From a virus (taxonomy: Duplodnaviria; Caudoviricetes), in IMG/VR virus record IMGVR_UViG_3300031998_000009, positions 32,001-96,000 of that record: DNA of 64,000 nucleotides. The stretch is one strand, 5' to 3'. The notes under the pieces are model-generated. The model was not told where the DNA came from, ran no database searches, and saw nothing but the letters and a program-made list of their open reading frames with translations. Below are positions 21,347-31,381 of the stretch, piece by piece. Each line of letters opens with the position of its first letter. Within the stretch, counting starts at the first letter, position 1. A program made the position numbers and the translations under genes.

Positions 21347-22065
21347 TTATTCAGATACGACTTTTCTTTTTGGAGGTTTCACGAAAACTGGATAGTCGTT
21401 ACATCCTTGGTAGATACAAAACACCTTACCACTACTTGTCAAAGCAAGTTGCTTGGTTAAATCGTACAGGCCAACATATCTATATTCTTGTTTCGTTGCG
21501 AAGTCGTAGAAGCGTTGTCCAAATTTAAGTTTGTTGATTCCTATCTTTTCTCCCATTTTAGGAATATTATAGTTTCTGAATTTTGCCCATGTGATAGCAA
21601 GACCCCATCGAGTAGATTTATTACCATACTGTGTTCTGTACATCTTGTTCTCCTTCCAATCAATAAGAACACATTGTTTCTTATTCTGGAAGGTATTAAA
21701 CATTATCTGAACATCCGGAAACCTATTTTGATTTTCTGTGAAGTCTTTGTTCATTTCGTCTACCCATTTACAAAATCCTTCATAAGAAACAATATCCATG
21801 TCTGTAATAGTTCTGTTCATTTTTTATTACCTCCTGCAATATTTATTGTTCGTAACAGACCTAATATCCATATGTAAAACCAACACAAACTAAATGAAGC
21901 GAATACAAGTGATCTACTAAAGATTTCTTCTTTCTGAAATAAATATAGTGCTGCAAGAAACATGATAAAGGTTATGATGTTTAGGATAATGGAACCTACC
22001 AATTTTAATACAAATTTCATATCAGTTCTCCTTATCAAGATAGCATTTATAATGTTCGGAACCAT
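21347..22065 (-). other. Two hypothetical genes (21347..21820; small membrane protein 21817..22065)
   Basis: ORFs with RBS; the second has two hydrophobic segments. Confidence 0.7.
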
Positions 22066-22450
22066 CTGCGATAAGTTTTACTTTTTTAATTCCATTATAA
22101 TTATTTAGATTAAACTTATCTATCACCCATACCTTTAAATCATCTTGTGGAATATGTGGAGAATGGAATATTTTAGCCACTCCATTACTAATCTCTACTC
22201 TTCCTCTTGGATAATAATCAAACGGTTTTCCTTCTGTAAGTTTTCTATCTAGAGTAGACCAAACTTTCTTATGGTTATAGTTATCAGATCCAGTAGATGA
22301 CATAGAAACAGGAATATGAAAATTTTCGTCATTGATATAACCTAAACTATCACAAGGAATTTGAAAATAAAGTTTAGAACTTTCTATATTATCTATGTCT
22401 GTTATCCAAAATATTCCACGGTACAACTGTTTATCTTCTGTAAGTAGCAT
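22022..22450 (-). CDS. GIFW/YYPRGRV/HYKC family protein, paralog 1 (leader MLLTE)
   Basis: Motifs shared with 22583..23017. Confidence 0.8.
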   Translation of the reverse strand: MLLTEDKQLYRGIFWITDIDNIESSKLYFQIPCDSLGYINDENFHIPVSMSSTGSDNYNHKKVWSTLDRKLTEGKPFDYYPRGRVEISNGVAKIFHSPHIPQDDLKVWVIDKFNLNNYNGIKKVKLIADGSEHYKCYLDKEN

Positions 22451-22480
22451 TTATATCACCTCACAGTTATTATTAAATAT

Positions 22481-22564
22481 AGTATAACACAAACACACCG
22501 AAATGTCAAGTGGTTTTTAGAAATAAGAAAATAAAAACTCCTACAATTAAAATGTAGGAGTTTT
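22481..22564 (-). promoter_or_regulatory. Promoter P6 plus stem-loop
   Basis: TTGACA-17-TATACT; hairpin aaaactcctaca...tgtaggagtttt. Confidence 0.88.
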
Positions 22565-22582
22565 GTGTAAAATATACAATAA

Positions 22583-23017
22583 CTATTTAATGCAACATTT
22601 ATGACATTTATAATGATCACCAGTTACTCCACCTTCAGAACCGATATATTGTATTTCACAATTTTTATTAAGACGGAATTCCCATTTTATCTCATCCAAA
22701 ATATCTGGTTCGTTTATACAATTATCAATATAAATGTATACATCATAGTGGTGAAACTGTTCACTATTATATATAGGATTAACCATAACTCGACCACGAG
22801 GATAATAATTATATGGAACAACAATACCACCTATAACATGCGAAAACTTTATTTCATTCCAGAGCTTTCTGTGATCTAAGGTTGTGGAAAATCTTCCGGT
22901 TATATCCACAGGATCAGTGAACATATATAGTTTATTATCAATAAACCAAAATATTCCTTCTCGAGGAGAGTTAAGATTTTCTTTTAGAAAATTATTGTGT
23001 TCCACAATAAGTCTCAT
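22583..23017 (-). CDS. GIFW/YYPRGRV/HYKC family protein, paralog 2 (leader MRLIVE...LKE)
   Basis: Motifs shared with 22022..22450. Confidence 0.8.
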   Translation of the reverse strand: MRLIVEHNNFLKENLNSPREGIFWFIDNKLYMFTDPVDITGRFSTTLDHRKLWNEIKFSHVIGGIVVPYNYYPRGRVMVNPIYNSEQFHHYDVYIYIDNCINEPDILDEIKWEFRLNKNCEIQYIGSEGGVTGDHYKCHKCCIK

Positions 23018-23043
23018 TTAAATATCCTCCATATAAATTAAGG

Positions 23044-23895
23044 TTATCTCATAATCTCATTATCCAAATACTGTTTCATTTCACGAACAATTCGTTTGAG
23101 CTGTAAGATATAGGATTTAGCATGACCTCTAGCATAATTTTTATAATTTGGATTGGTTTCGTAATTAGAATCTTTATATGCAAGTTGCAGATTACGAAGT
23201 GTATCAAGGAAATTATTCGTCATATTTTTAATATCTAGAATCTTATCAGGTTCATTTCTAAATTGTCTTAACATACTATTAAGAGTATCGTATGTTTCAA
23301 AACCATCTTCGAGAATAGAATCATACTGCTGTAGACCCATCTCACCAAGCATATCTTTATACTTTTTAAGATCTGTTTTTTCGTAACCGGACTTATCGTA
23401 TCCATAGGTGTCCATTCTATCACGGTTACGATCAACTGGTTTGTTACTGCTTCTAGACTGACGGAGATCAACAACATCAGGACTTACTTCAAGATATCCA
23501 AAATCTGTGATCATATTAAGAAGATACTTTACAGGAACATCAGAGGCATATTTCTTATTTCTTCCACCGAAATCAATTTTAGGATTATTAACACGAGCGG
23601 CATAAACAAACTCGTTGCCACGTTCATCTGTTCCGCGCATAACAGCAACCTTATCCTCGGAGTCCATAATTTGATTAAACTCTCTCGATGTTCTCGGTAT
23701 AGGAAGTTCATGATATATAGTAGTATTTAAATCTAAATTAGATACATTTCCAAATGTGGACCTAGGTGCTGAATTAAAGTTACCAGAAGGACCCATTTTA
23801 CCAAACCATCCTTTACTTGTTTCAATAGTATCTTTCAACCAACTAGGAATACTAGAATCTAAAGCTTCTCTAATTTGTAATTTCATAAATAACAA
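23044..23895 (-). CDS. Leader-bearing hypothetical protein (MKLQIRE|A)
   Basis: 283-aa ORF with N-terminal leader motif. Confidence 0.75.
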   Translation of the reverse strand: MLFMKLQIREALDSSIPSWLKDTIETSKGWFGKMGPSGNFNSAPRSTFGNVSNLDLNTTIYHELPIPRTSREFNQIMDSEDKVAVMRGTDERGNEFVYAARVNNPKIDFGGRNKKYASDVPVKYLLNMITDFGYLEVSPDVVDLRQSRSSNKPVDRNRDRMDTYGYDKSGYEKTDLKKYKDMLGEMGLQQYDSILEDGFETYDTLNSMLRQFRNEPDKILDIKNMTNNFLDTLRNLQLAYKDSNYETNPNYKNYARGHAKSYILQLKRIVREMKQYLDNEIMR

Positions 23896-23994
23896 CTCCT
23901 TAAAAATAATTCAGTATTTATCCTCATGTTAGGATTATTACACTATTTATTGTTATGTGTAGTTATTATTTTTTATAACTAGAGTTGTTATTTT

Positions 23995-25390
23995 TTAAAC
24001 ATCTTCAGTTTCCGATTCTGTATTAATTTCTTCTCTCTTATACTGAATACCGTTTTCATAAAAGATATCCCAGTCATCTTTATCAAAGTAACTATCAAAG
24101 TATTCGTAAGTTCTTTTCAAGATTATAATTGTCTTCCAATGTGTAGGAGGAACAAGAACTACCCAACCTTCACCATACTGAACGGACAACTCTTTACAAA
24201 CATCGTGAAGTTGCTTATCGTTAAGATCCCATTCGATAAATTCAATATCATTGAGGGTATCGTTTTTGGTAACATGACCACTACCGTTATCGGCGTTCTT
24301 AAAAAGAATGTAGGTATAATCTTTCAGGTCTTCTGTAAGTTCGAGTCCTTTACGCCAATGCTTCTTGGCAAGGTCTTTTGGACCATAGCAACAAGAGCAC
24401 TGACCGGGTTTGTAAGTATAATGTGCGAAATCGATATCACACTTTTCACGGAGTTCTTTGAGTTTGAGATCATTGTAAGTAGTCATTTTAATATCCTCCT
24501 TTTAATTAAGAAATAACACCACGTTTTTTCATGTCGTAATAGCACCATCTATTAACAGCGTTATCTTCCATTTCCTTGAACTTGTCCATCTGTTCGTCGA
24601 ATTCCTTTTTGTACTCGTCGATCATGTTTCTCTGATTTGTGATGGACTTTCCAAACCAGTCATAACCGTTATTGAGGTCACTAAACATATTGGACATCAT
24701 AGTGTCTAACATACTGGTTTTATCCTGAAACCACATTTCAAACCAATTAGTTCCTTCTGTGATTTTCACAATCAACCCTCCTCAAGCACCAACGGCTTCC
24801 TCTCACCCTTCCACACAAAAGTATGCCGTGCCGAATAACAATCACTACCGTCCTGTTCCAGAGTAGTTGTAAAGCACTTCCAGCATTTAAGTACGGTTTT
24901 AACAAGATAATCAAGTCTTACATGATCGTGTTTCCAGTCTCCCCAGCTGATGTCCACATAAACAATATTCGGATTGTCTCTATTGGAATAAACTTCACCA
25001 TAAAGATTATTTTCTCTCATAAAGTCGTGAACTGTTTTTTCCATATCCAGCATTGTTATATCCTCCTTAAAAAATATCCACACAACTGTCCTGTCCTACT
25101 GGGTGAAATCTGTTTACTACATTTCCTATTAATTTCACAGGTTTAAATGTTCCTGTATAATCAATATACTGTACTTTTCCTTTTTCTGTGATATAAACAG
25201 TTCCTTCCTGTGTGTTAGTTACAAGTTCTTTTCCAAATGGCATAACTCTTGTAATTTGGAAATCAACTTGTAAGGTGTTGTCCTTGTAAGGAGTTACTTT
25301 GAACATTGAAACTTTGTAGTTTGTTGTATAACACATATTATGAACTTTTCTACATACATCTTTTATAGCATTAAGTTGTTTGATTGTCAT
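23995..25390 (-). other. Operon of four short hypothetical genes
   Basis: 23995..24486, 24506..24775, 24772..25083, 25067..25390 downstream of P7. Confidence 0.8.
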
Positions 25391-25447
25391 TCTGAAAACT
25401 CCTCTCTGCTATTTTTCGTGTGTTTTAACTGTTTTACTTACATATAT

Positions 25448-25531
25448 AGTATAACATATTTTATAGAAAATGTCAAGTAGTTTTTGAAATATAGTAAAGA
25501 AAAATCCTCACAAATAAATGTGAAGATTTTG
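25448..25531 (-). promoter_or_regulatory. Promoter P7 plus stem-loop
   Basis: TTGACA-17-TATACT; hairpin aaaatcctcaca...tgtgaagatttt. Confidence 0.88.
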
Positions 25532-25552
25532 TATAGATTATATAAAATTAAG

Positions 25553-26098
25553 TTAATTAGTTTCTTTTAACTTTGTTTTAACTTTACCATATTTTTCCAA
25601 TTCATATTTTGTTATTCTGCTTTGTACTTCAGATAGTTTTGTTTTAAATAATTTCATAACAGCTTTTCGAAGATTTTTAGGTTTCATCCCTACAATAGGA
25701 ACAGGTAAAGTAGGTCCATTTTCTGGATGAACATCTTTATGATCCGATAATCGTATAGTATATGAATAAATTTCTTCTAACTTATCTTGTGGAACATCCT
25801 CCGGATGTCTAAATACAATATCAATGTAATTAGATAAACCCCTTGGATTTTTTCTTCGAGAATTACGGGCACTAGCACTTTCTACATAAGAAAATTGTTC
25901 CAATTCCTCTGCAATAGGATCTAAATATCTTGCCCTTATGTACAGACGTGTCTCTACTTGGTCTCTATAGGAGTCACCACATAATATTTCATCTTCGGGT
26001 TCTAATAACTCTTCTTCTAACGGACCTACCGTATCTAGATAAGGTATCATACTTACATAAAGTATATTACTAAAGGATTCACTAATGGTTAATTTCAT
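25553..26098 (-). CDS. Cassette gene B copy 1 (leader MKLTISE; IRxSDH motif)
   Basis: GLSNYIDIVF.HP, Y.IR.SDHK, IVGMKPKN shared with 52812..53360. Confidence 0.85.
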   Translation of the reverse strand: MKLTISESFSNILYVSMIPYLDTVGPLEEELLEPEDEILCGDSYRDQVETRLYIRARYLDPIAEELEQFSYVESASARNSRRKNPRGLSNYIDIVFRHPEDVPQDKLEEIYSYTIRLSDHKDVHPENGPTLPVPIVGMKPKNLRKAVMKLFKTKLSEVQSRITKYELEKYGKVKTKLKETN

Positions 26099-26535
26099 GG
26101 TCTATTTATCCTTTCTAAAAATCTAAACCTTTCTTCTTTGGAAGGAACATATGTTAAAGAACAGATAAAGTTAATATAATCATATTCAACATAACCATAT
26201 TGCTTCATTATATCATAAGTATCACCTAATACAGAATCATAATGTTTATCTTCGTCGTAAAAATAAGTGATATTATTTATATCATTTAATATGATTAGGG
26301 CTGTATCTTTATCCGTAGTACAATCAATCACGTAATATTTAGAATTTACAAAAACAATATAGCTATGGTTACCTTGTTTATGATAAATACTATCATAGTA
26401 GTCAACTGTGTCCGAATATTCTAAAGAGTTTATATCAAGTTCCTGAATTTCCATATTACCCCTATTTATAAGAAACTCGAGACTTTTCTTTATATTTATT
26501 ATATAACTATTTAGAATATTTAACATAACCATCAC
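26095..26535 (-). CDS. Cassette gene A copy 1
   Basis: IKKSL..(L/I)I.R and Y(I)xFVN..xY.ID..T...ITY shared with 53347..53847; 4-nt overlap with gene B. Confidence 0.8.
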   Translation of the reverse strand: MMVMLNILNSYIINIKKSLEFLINRGNMEIQELDINSLEYSDTVDYYDSIYHKQGNHSYIVFVNSKYYVIDCTTDKDTALIILNDINNITYFYDEDKHYDSVLGDTYDIMKQYGYVEYDYINFICSLTYVPSKEERFRFLERINRP

Positions 26536-26560
26536 CCCTTGGTAATAATGTATTTATTAT

Positions 26561-26637
26561 AGTATAACACATTATTATCAAAAAGTCAATATGTAAATAT
26601 AACAAAAACCACACATAAAAATGTATGGTTTTTGTTG
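26561..26637 (-). promoter_or_regulatory. Promoter P8 plus stem-loop
   Basis: TTGACT-17-TATACT; hairpin caaaaacca...tggtttttg. Confidence 0.85.
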
Positions 26638-26644
26638 TAATAGT

Positions 26645-27196
26645 TTAATTAAGTCTATCAAATGCTTGTTTTAATTCTGGTGTTTCAGATAACTCAAAGT
26701 CTCTTGTAAATAAGGTTCCGAACGAAAATTTATATTTATGATTATAACCGTCTTTAGTTAAATCGTTAGCAGATTTACTATCAGGAGGAAGAAATCCAAA
26801 ACAGTAAATCCATGGATAGATATAGTTGTCATCTCTATTTACTTTATCACTAAATAAAGATAAGTCAAAATCATCTTCATCATATTCATCTAACCCTATG
26901 GATTCTGTTCCAAATGAAAAATAGTCTACTCCCATTCCCCTATTATAAAATCCTATATTCGTTTGTATAAATTGTTTCTGGTCTTCGTACCAACCTGATC
27001 GAAATGCTTCTTTTATCATATCTATGTGGATATGGTCCCATGCACCACATATCATATACAAGTCTGCTTGAGCATCATAAAGTATCCGATATTCTTTAGG
27101 TTTATTAGCACATAGATTTGCTATGTCACCTGCATAATCAGTTATAAGCATATCGGAACCTAATTTTTGCAGACGTTCTTGAATATGAAGTTTCAT
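26645..27196 (-). CDS. Leader-bearing hypothetical protein (MKLHIQE|R)
   Basis: ORF and leader motif. Confidence 0.8.
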   Translation of the reverse strand: MKLHIQERLQKLGSDMLITDYAGDIANLCANKPKEYRILYDAQADLYMICGAWDHIHIDMIKEAFRSGWYEDQKQFIQTNIGFYNRGMGVDYFSFGTESIGLDEYDEDDFDLSLFSDKVNRDDNYIYPWIYCFGFLPPDSKSANDLTKDGYNHKYKFSFGTLFTRDFELSETPELKQAFDRLN

Positions 27197-27200
27197 GATA

Positions 27201-27875
27201 TCAACGTCCTTTTAACTGTTCTCGTAAACACACAGAAACAAGATCCCAAACTTCACTTATCTTGTCTATGATTCTTACACCTAATTCTTCGGTAGCAAGA
27301 ACATAACTATCATCATATTTCTTACTTTCATAGACATAGAATGTTTCGTCAGCTCTATATTGTTCATCTTCTGAAATCATAGTAGCGAAGATGTCAATAG
27401 CATCTTTATCGGCACTATTCCATCTTACATCAAAAGTATCAATTCCGTAATTATCTTTCAAGAGTTCCATATCTCTATCATTAGGTGTCAAAGCTTTAAA
27501 TAATCTATCTAAAGTCATATTACTAGGTCCAATATTTCCTGGATATGCTTTTGTAGGTCCTTCGTGTAAACGACTAATAGATTCTTTCTTTGCATTTGTA
27601 TATTTTAATTTAGCTCCACTATAATTACCTAGGTCTGTGATATAACATTCACCATCCAGACCAAGTTCCTTAATAACTTCGTTACCTGCTTTTTCAATAT
27701 CTTTATTATAAAGACCTTTACTATATATTTCAAACATATTTAGAGCACTGATAGTAATAACTGTTCCTTTACCTGTATTAGATGTTTTTAGGAGTTTAGG
27801 ATCTACTCCCATTTTTTCTGCCCATAATTTTCTTGGATCTTTTGTACTTGTAGATTCTTTAATTCTTAATTTCAT
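27201..27875 (-). CDS. Leader-bearing two-domain protein (MKLRIKE|S; internal KESISRLHE|G)
   Basis: ORF, leader and internal leader-like linker. Confidence 0.8.
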   Translation of the reverse strand: MKLRIKESTSTKDPRKLWAEKMGVDPKLLKTSNTGKGTVITISALNMFEIYSKGLYNKDIEKAGNEVIKELGLDGECYITDLGNYSGAKLKYTNAKKESISRLHEGPTKAYPGNIGPSNMTLDRLFKALTPNDRDMELLKDNYGIDTFDVRWNSADKDAIDIFATMISEDEQYRADETFYVYESKKYDDSYVLATEELGVRIIDKISEVWDLVSVCLREQLKGR

Positions 27876-27886
27876 ATAACATCACC

Positions 27887-28123
27887 TCAAAGATTAGTAG
27901 CTTTCATAGCACGAATAAGAGCGTTAAGAGCATCCCAAACATGATCACGAAGATCCTGGGCATTATTTTTAACATGAGCATTAAATTTTTCAGGCTCTAC
28001 AGACTTAAAAGCATTCCACTTTCTATTAAAGTCTTTAATCAGTTTATCTGTTTCATCAATATATGCCATACGGTAATACATATCACTACTGTCGTCTTCT
28101 CTTAATTTTAACTTTTCTACCAT
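27887..28123 (-). CDS. Leader-bearing small protein (MVEKLKLRE|D)
   Basis: ORF and leader motif. Confidence 0.75.
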   Translation of the reverse strand: MVEKLKLREDDSSDMYYRMAYIDETDKLIKDFNRKWNAFKSVEPEKFNAHVKNNAQDLRDHVWDALNALIRAMKATNL

Positions 28124-28140
28124 TATACAAACACCCCTTA

Positions 28141-28596
28141 TTATTTAGTTCCACTAATTAACATTTCGATCAGGATCTCTTTGATATCGAAATCGTTTAT
28201 ATTTGTTTGGAAACCATCAATAAATCCTTCATCCTCGGCAAAACTTAGGAAATCTTCAATATCACCCATCTGTTCCTCGGATCTGTCAAACAAGGACTCG
28301 GCTTCTTCGTCATCCAGACCCAGGAACATAGCAATTTCTGCCATATCCTCATAATCTTCTACATCATATAGAATAAATGGAAGAAATGCTTGCATCGGTC
28401 CTGTGGATCTATTTGGAATAAATATCTCGGCAAGAATATGACCGTCTTCGTCAAACCATATAGCTTCTTCAACTTGATCATTCCAAATAACAACATCACC
28501 ATTTTTCATTGTGTGTTTATAATTCTTCATTTTTATTTCACTCCTCAATATCTGATAATTGTTTGAATTCATTATATAGTCTGTGAACAGCGGCAT
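28141..28596 (-). CDS. Acidic hypothetical protein
   Basis: ORF; likely start MKNYKHT (28530). Confidence 0.7.
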   Translation of the reverse strand: MPLFTDYIMNSNNYQILRSEIKMKNYKHTMKNGDVVIWNDQVEEAIWFDEDGHILAEIFIPNRSTGPMQAFLPFILYDVEDYEDMAEIAMFLGLDDEEAESLFDRSEEQMGDIEDFLSFAEDEGFIDGFQTNINDFDIKEILIEMLISGTK

Positions 28597-28795
28597 GAAT
28601 ATCAGACACTACCTCTATATAGTGCTGTGCTTCATTATAGTCCCCAAATCTACTTTCAAGTTGATAGTCTTCTTCTGTGTCAGCTATCATATATTTTATA
28701 TCAAGTAAAAAATCTTTTAAGTCGTATTCAAAACTTTCAAGTACCCCTGTTACATCTGGAAACTCTTGTTTAGCTTCGTTTACTTGTTTTACCAT
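28538..28795 (-). CDS. Leader-bearing small acidic protein (MVKQVNE|A)
   Basis: ORF and leader motif. Confidence 0.75.
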   Translation of the reverse strand: MVKQVNEAKQEFPDVTGVLESFEYDLKDFLLDIKYMIADTEEDYQLESRFGDYNEAQHYIEVVSDIHAAVHRLYNEFKQLSDIEE

Positions 28796-28891
28796 AATCC
28801 ATATTCACCCCTTAAATTAAACAAACTACTAATTTTATAGTATAGTGGATTATAATTTGTTTAATTATTTGGGAATATATGTTTTATGTAA

Positions 28892-28930
28892 AATTAGGTT
28901 CACTTATCTAATGAATAAGTGAACCTAATT
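28892..28930. terminator. Stem-loop downstream of 28934..29305
   Basis: aattaggttcacttat...ataagtgaacctaatt perfect stem. Confidence 0.75.
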
Positions 28931-28933
28931 CTT

Positions 28934-29305
28934 TTACTCCTGGTCATTATTCACAACCTTCATATCTCTTCTTCTTCGTGCTTCCATGTTCACAACTTCC
29001 AGGAATGCAGATTTGGTATCCCTGTAGAACTCAATATCCTTCGAATAAGGTTTGTAACCAGTGATAATGTTGTCATCATTAAACTCACAATAGAGTCTGT
29101 CAAAATAATGTTCCACAGCATGCCACATCTCATTGAGTTCTTCTGTTTCTAGTTCTTCCAAAATAAGAGAATCTGTAACAAGCTTAATGTGCCCTGCTTT
29201 TATAAATCCGGGGTTAATATCTTTACGATGTTTTTCATATCTCTTAAATGTAAGGTGAACAATACCCAGTAAATCTTTCCTAGTCAGCATATTCGTTACC
29301 TCCAT
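28934..29305 (-). CDS. Hypothetical protein, monocistronic behind P9
   Basis: ORF between promoter and hairpin. Confidence 0.75.
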   Translation of the reverse strand: MEVTNMLTRKDLLGIVHLTFKRYEKHRKDINPGFIKAGHIKLVTDSLILEELETEELNEMWHAVEHYFDRLYCEFNDDNIITGYKPYSKDIEFYRDTKSAFLEVVNMEARRRRDMKVVNNDQE

Positions 29306-29341
29306 TATTTCGTTTGTCTTGTGTGTTTTACTTACATATAT

Positions 29342-29435
29342 AGTATAACATATTTATAGCAAAAAGTCAAGTGATTTCTGGAAATTTAGAAATAAAAAAT
29401 GTCACAAAGAATATAAAATTCAATGTGACATTTTT
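29342..29435 (-). promoter_or_regulatory. Promoter P9 plus stem-loop
   Basis: TTGACT-17-TATACT; hairpin aaaaatgtcaca...tgtgacattttt. Confidence 0.88.
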
Positions 29436-29458
29436 GTATAATATTTTGTGGATTTATT

Positions 29459-29851
29459 TTACATAAGGACTTTTTTAATAATAGTAGAATCCTTAACAAT
29501 TTCCTCGATCCAATCTCCACCAGAGATTGTGTCATCCCAACCCCAGATGATAGGATCTGTTTTAAGTTCAGGTACATTTAGGAAGAACAAATCAACTTGT
29601 CTACCATCATCGTCTGTCACTTGGAATGTGACTTCTGTTCCTTTTGGAATATACAGGTCACCATTCTCGTCACACCAGAAATCCTGTTCATTGATAAGTT
29701 TCCACAAGAGACCGTTTTCAAGAAGATCTTCGGTTTCATAAGTATTCTTATTTCCGAACCACAGATCGTTGTCCAATCTATAAGTACTACCGAAAACACG
29801 AAGACCTTTCTGAGAAAGGTTATTTGTGTTCATAATAGGTTTCTTTAACAT
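29459..29851 (-). CDS. Leaderless paralog of 31382..31912
   Basis: MLKKP...STYRL...LINEQDFWCDENGDLYIPKGTEVTF...DDDGRQVDLFFLNVPEL. Confidence 0.85.
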   Translation of the reverse strand: MLKKPIMNTNNLSQKGLRVFGSTYRLDNDLWFGNKNTYETEDLLENGLLWKLINEQDFWCDENGDLYIPKGTEVTFQVTDDDGRQVDLFFLNVPELKTDPIIWGWDDTISGGDWIEEIVKDSTIIKKVLM

Positions 29852-29869
29852 AATAACAACTCCTTTTTC

Positions 29870-31209
29870 TTATCTATCAAATGTTTCTGTTACTGTTCCA
29901 GTTTCATAATAAGTATTGACCCGAAGCCAACCATTATATTGAGCTGTCTCTGTTTGGTAGTAATGACCTTCTTCGTCTTTTCCTTCCGAAACAATAACAG
30001 ATTCACCTACTTTATTCTCACCCATAAGAGGTAATTGTTTGTTCTTTACCAGTTCTTTCATTTCTTCATAACTCATAACTTTTTCTCCTTTTTAAAAATT
30101 ACAGCTTTTCAATTCTTCCCTTACCATAACCTGGTGTATCCGAAACCGAATAACCGTTCATAAGGTAAAAGCCTCCATTGTCAAGACGAATCCTACCTGT
30201 AGGTGTGATTCTGATAATCTTACGCTTACCAAGATACTCACCGTAAGCGTTATATTCACGAACAATATCTCCCACGTTGAACTTTGTTGTGTTTGTCATA
30301 AATAGGACCTCCTTCTCAAATCAAACATTTTACGAGTTCATCAATCTTGGAATTTACTTTATCGAGCTTATCCTTGAATTTTTTATCACCGGTTAATTCA
30401 TATCCATCTTCCAGTGAATCCCTTTCGTTTGATAAACGTATGATTTTCTTTTTTATCTTTTCCTGTTCTTTAAGGGTTTCTTCCCATTGTTCTGGAGTCA
30501 TGCCCGTAGGCATCCTTAAAAAATCTTTAATTGTCATTTTATACACCAGCACTTTCACTTGTAAAGGTTTTAACAACGGCATTAAATGTTCCATGCCAAA
30601 TATCTCTTCCAGAATTAAGATAAGCATCTGCAAGTACATCCTCAACTGTTCTGTTATCCCTATTGGCAATATCCTTTGCTAGAACCTCACACATAGCCGA
30701 TAAGGTTTTCATGTAAGAATTTCTTTCAATATCATTCAGGAATACTGTCTCGTCATTAAACTGTAACATAGTAACCTCCATCAATATTTTTATATTTCAT
30801 CAATAAACTTTTTAGCAAGTCTTTTGTGTGTTTCAAAAGAAATGTCTACAACTTTCTTGTAACAATCAGAATTTTGATATCTGTCAGTTTTCTTCAAATT
30901 ATTAAGACGTTCAAGTGTTTCTAAACACTCATCAAGATTTGTTTCTCTACACACCATAATCACCACTCCTCCTTAAAATTCAACACCGTAAAATTTACCG
31001 ATAGCTTCCCAAGTAACATAAATGTGCTCAAGCTCAAGCAGTTCTTTGAACTCCTCAAAATCGGAATCTGTAATTGCCATATTATGGTCAACTTTGTATC
31101 CAAGTGTGGCATCATTGATCTTTTTGAAAATGGGTTTAAGGTAGCTGTATCTACCATCAATGACCTGTTTTTGAATATCCGTGATTTTAATCATCACATT
31201 TACCTTCAT
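29870..31209 (-). other. Operon of very short hypothetical genes downstream of P10
   Basis: 29870..30076, 30099..30299, 30316..30537, 30539..30784, about 30790..30957, 30973..31209, each with RBS. Confidence 0.75.
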
Positions 31210-31251
31210 GGTATACCCCCTTAATCATTACACATCTTTCTTACTATATAT

Positions 31252-31354
31252 AGTATAACATATTTATAATAATTTGTCAAGTAGTTTCCTAAAATTTAGA
31301 TAATAAAAATCACACAAATATATCCTTGTTAGATATGGATATATTTGTGTGATA
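31252..31354 (-). promoter_or_regulatory. Promoter P10 plus stem-loop
   Basis: TTGACA-17-TATACT; hairpin atcacacaaatatatcc...ggatatatttgtgtgat. Confidence 0.88.
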
Positions 31355-31381
31355 TTACTAGACTATATTATAATTCTTATA

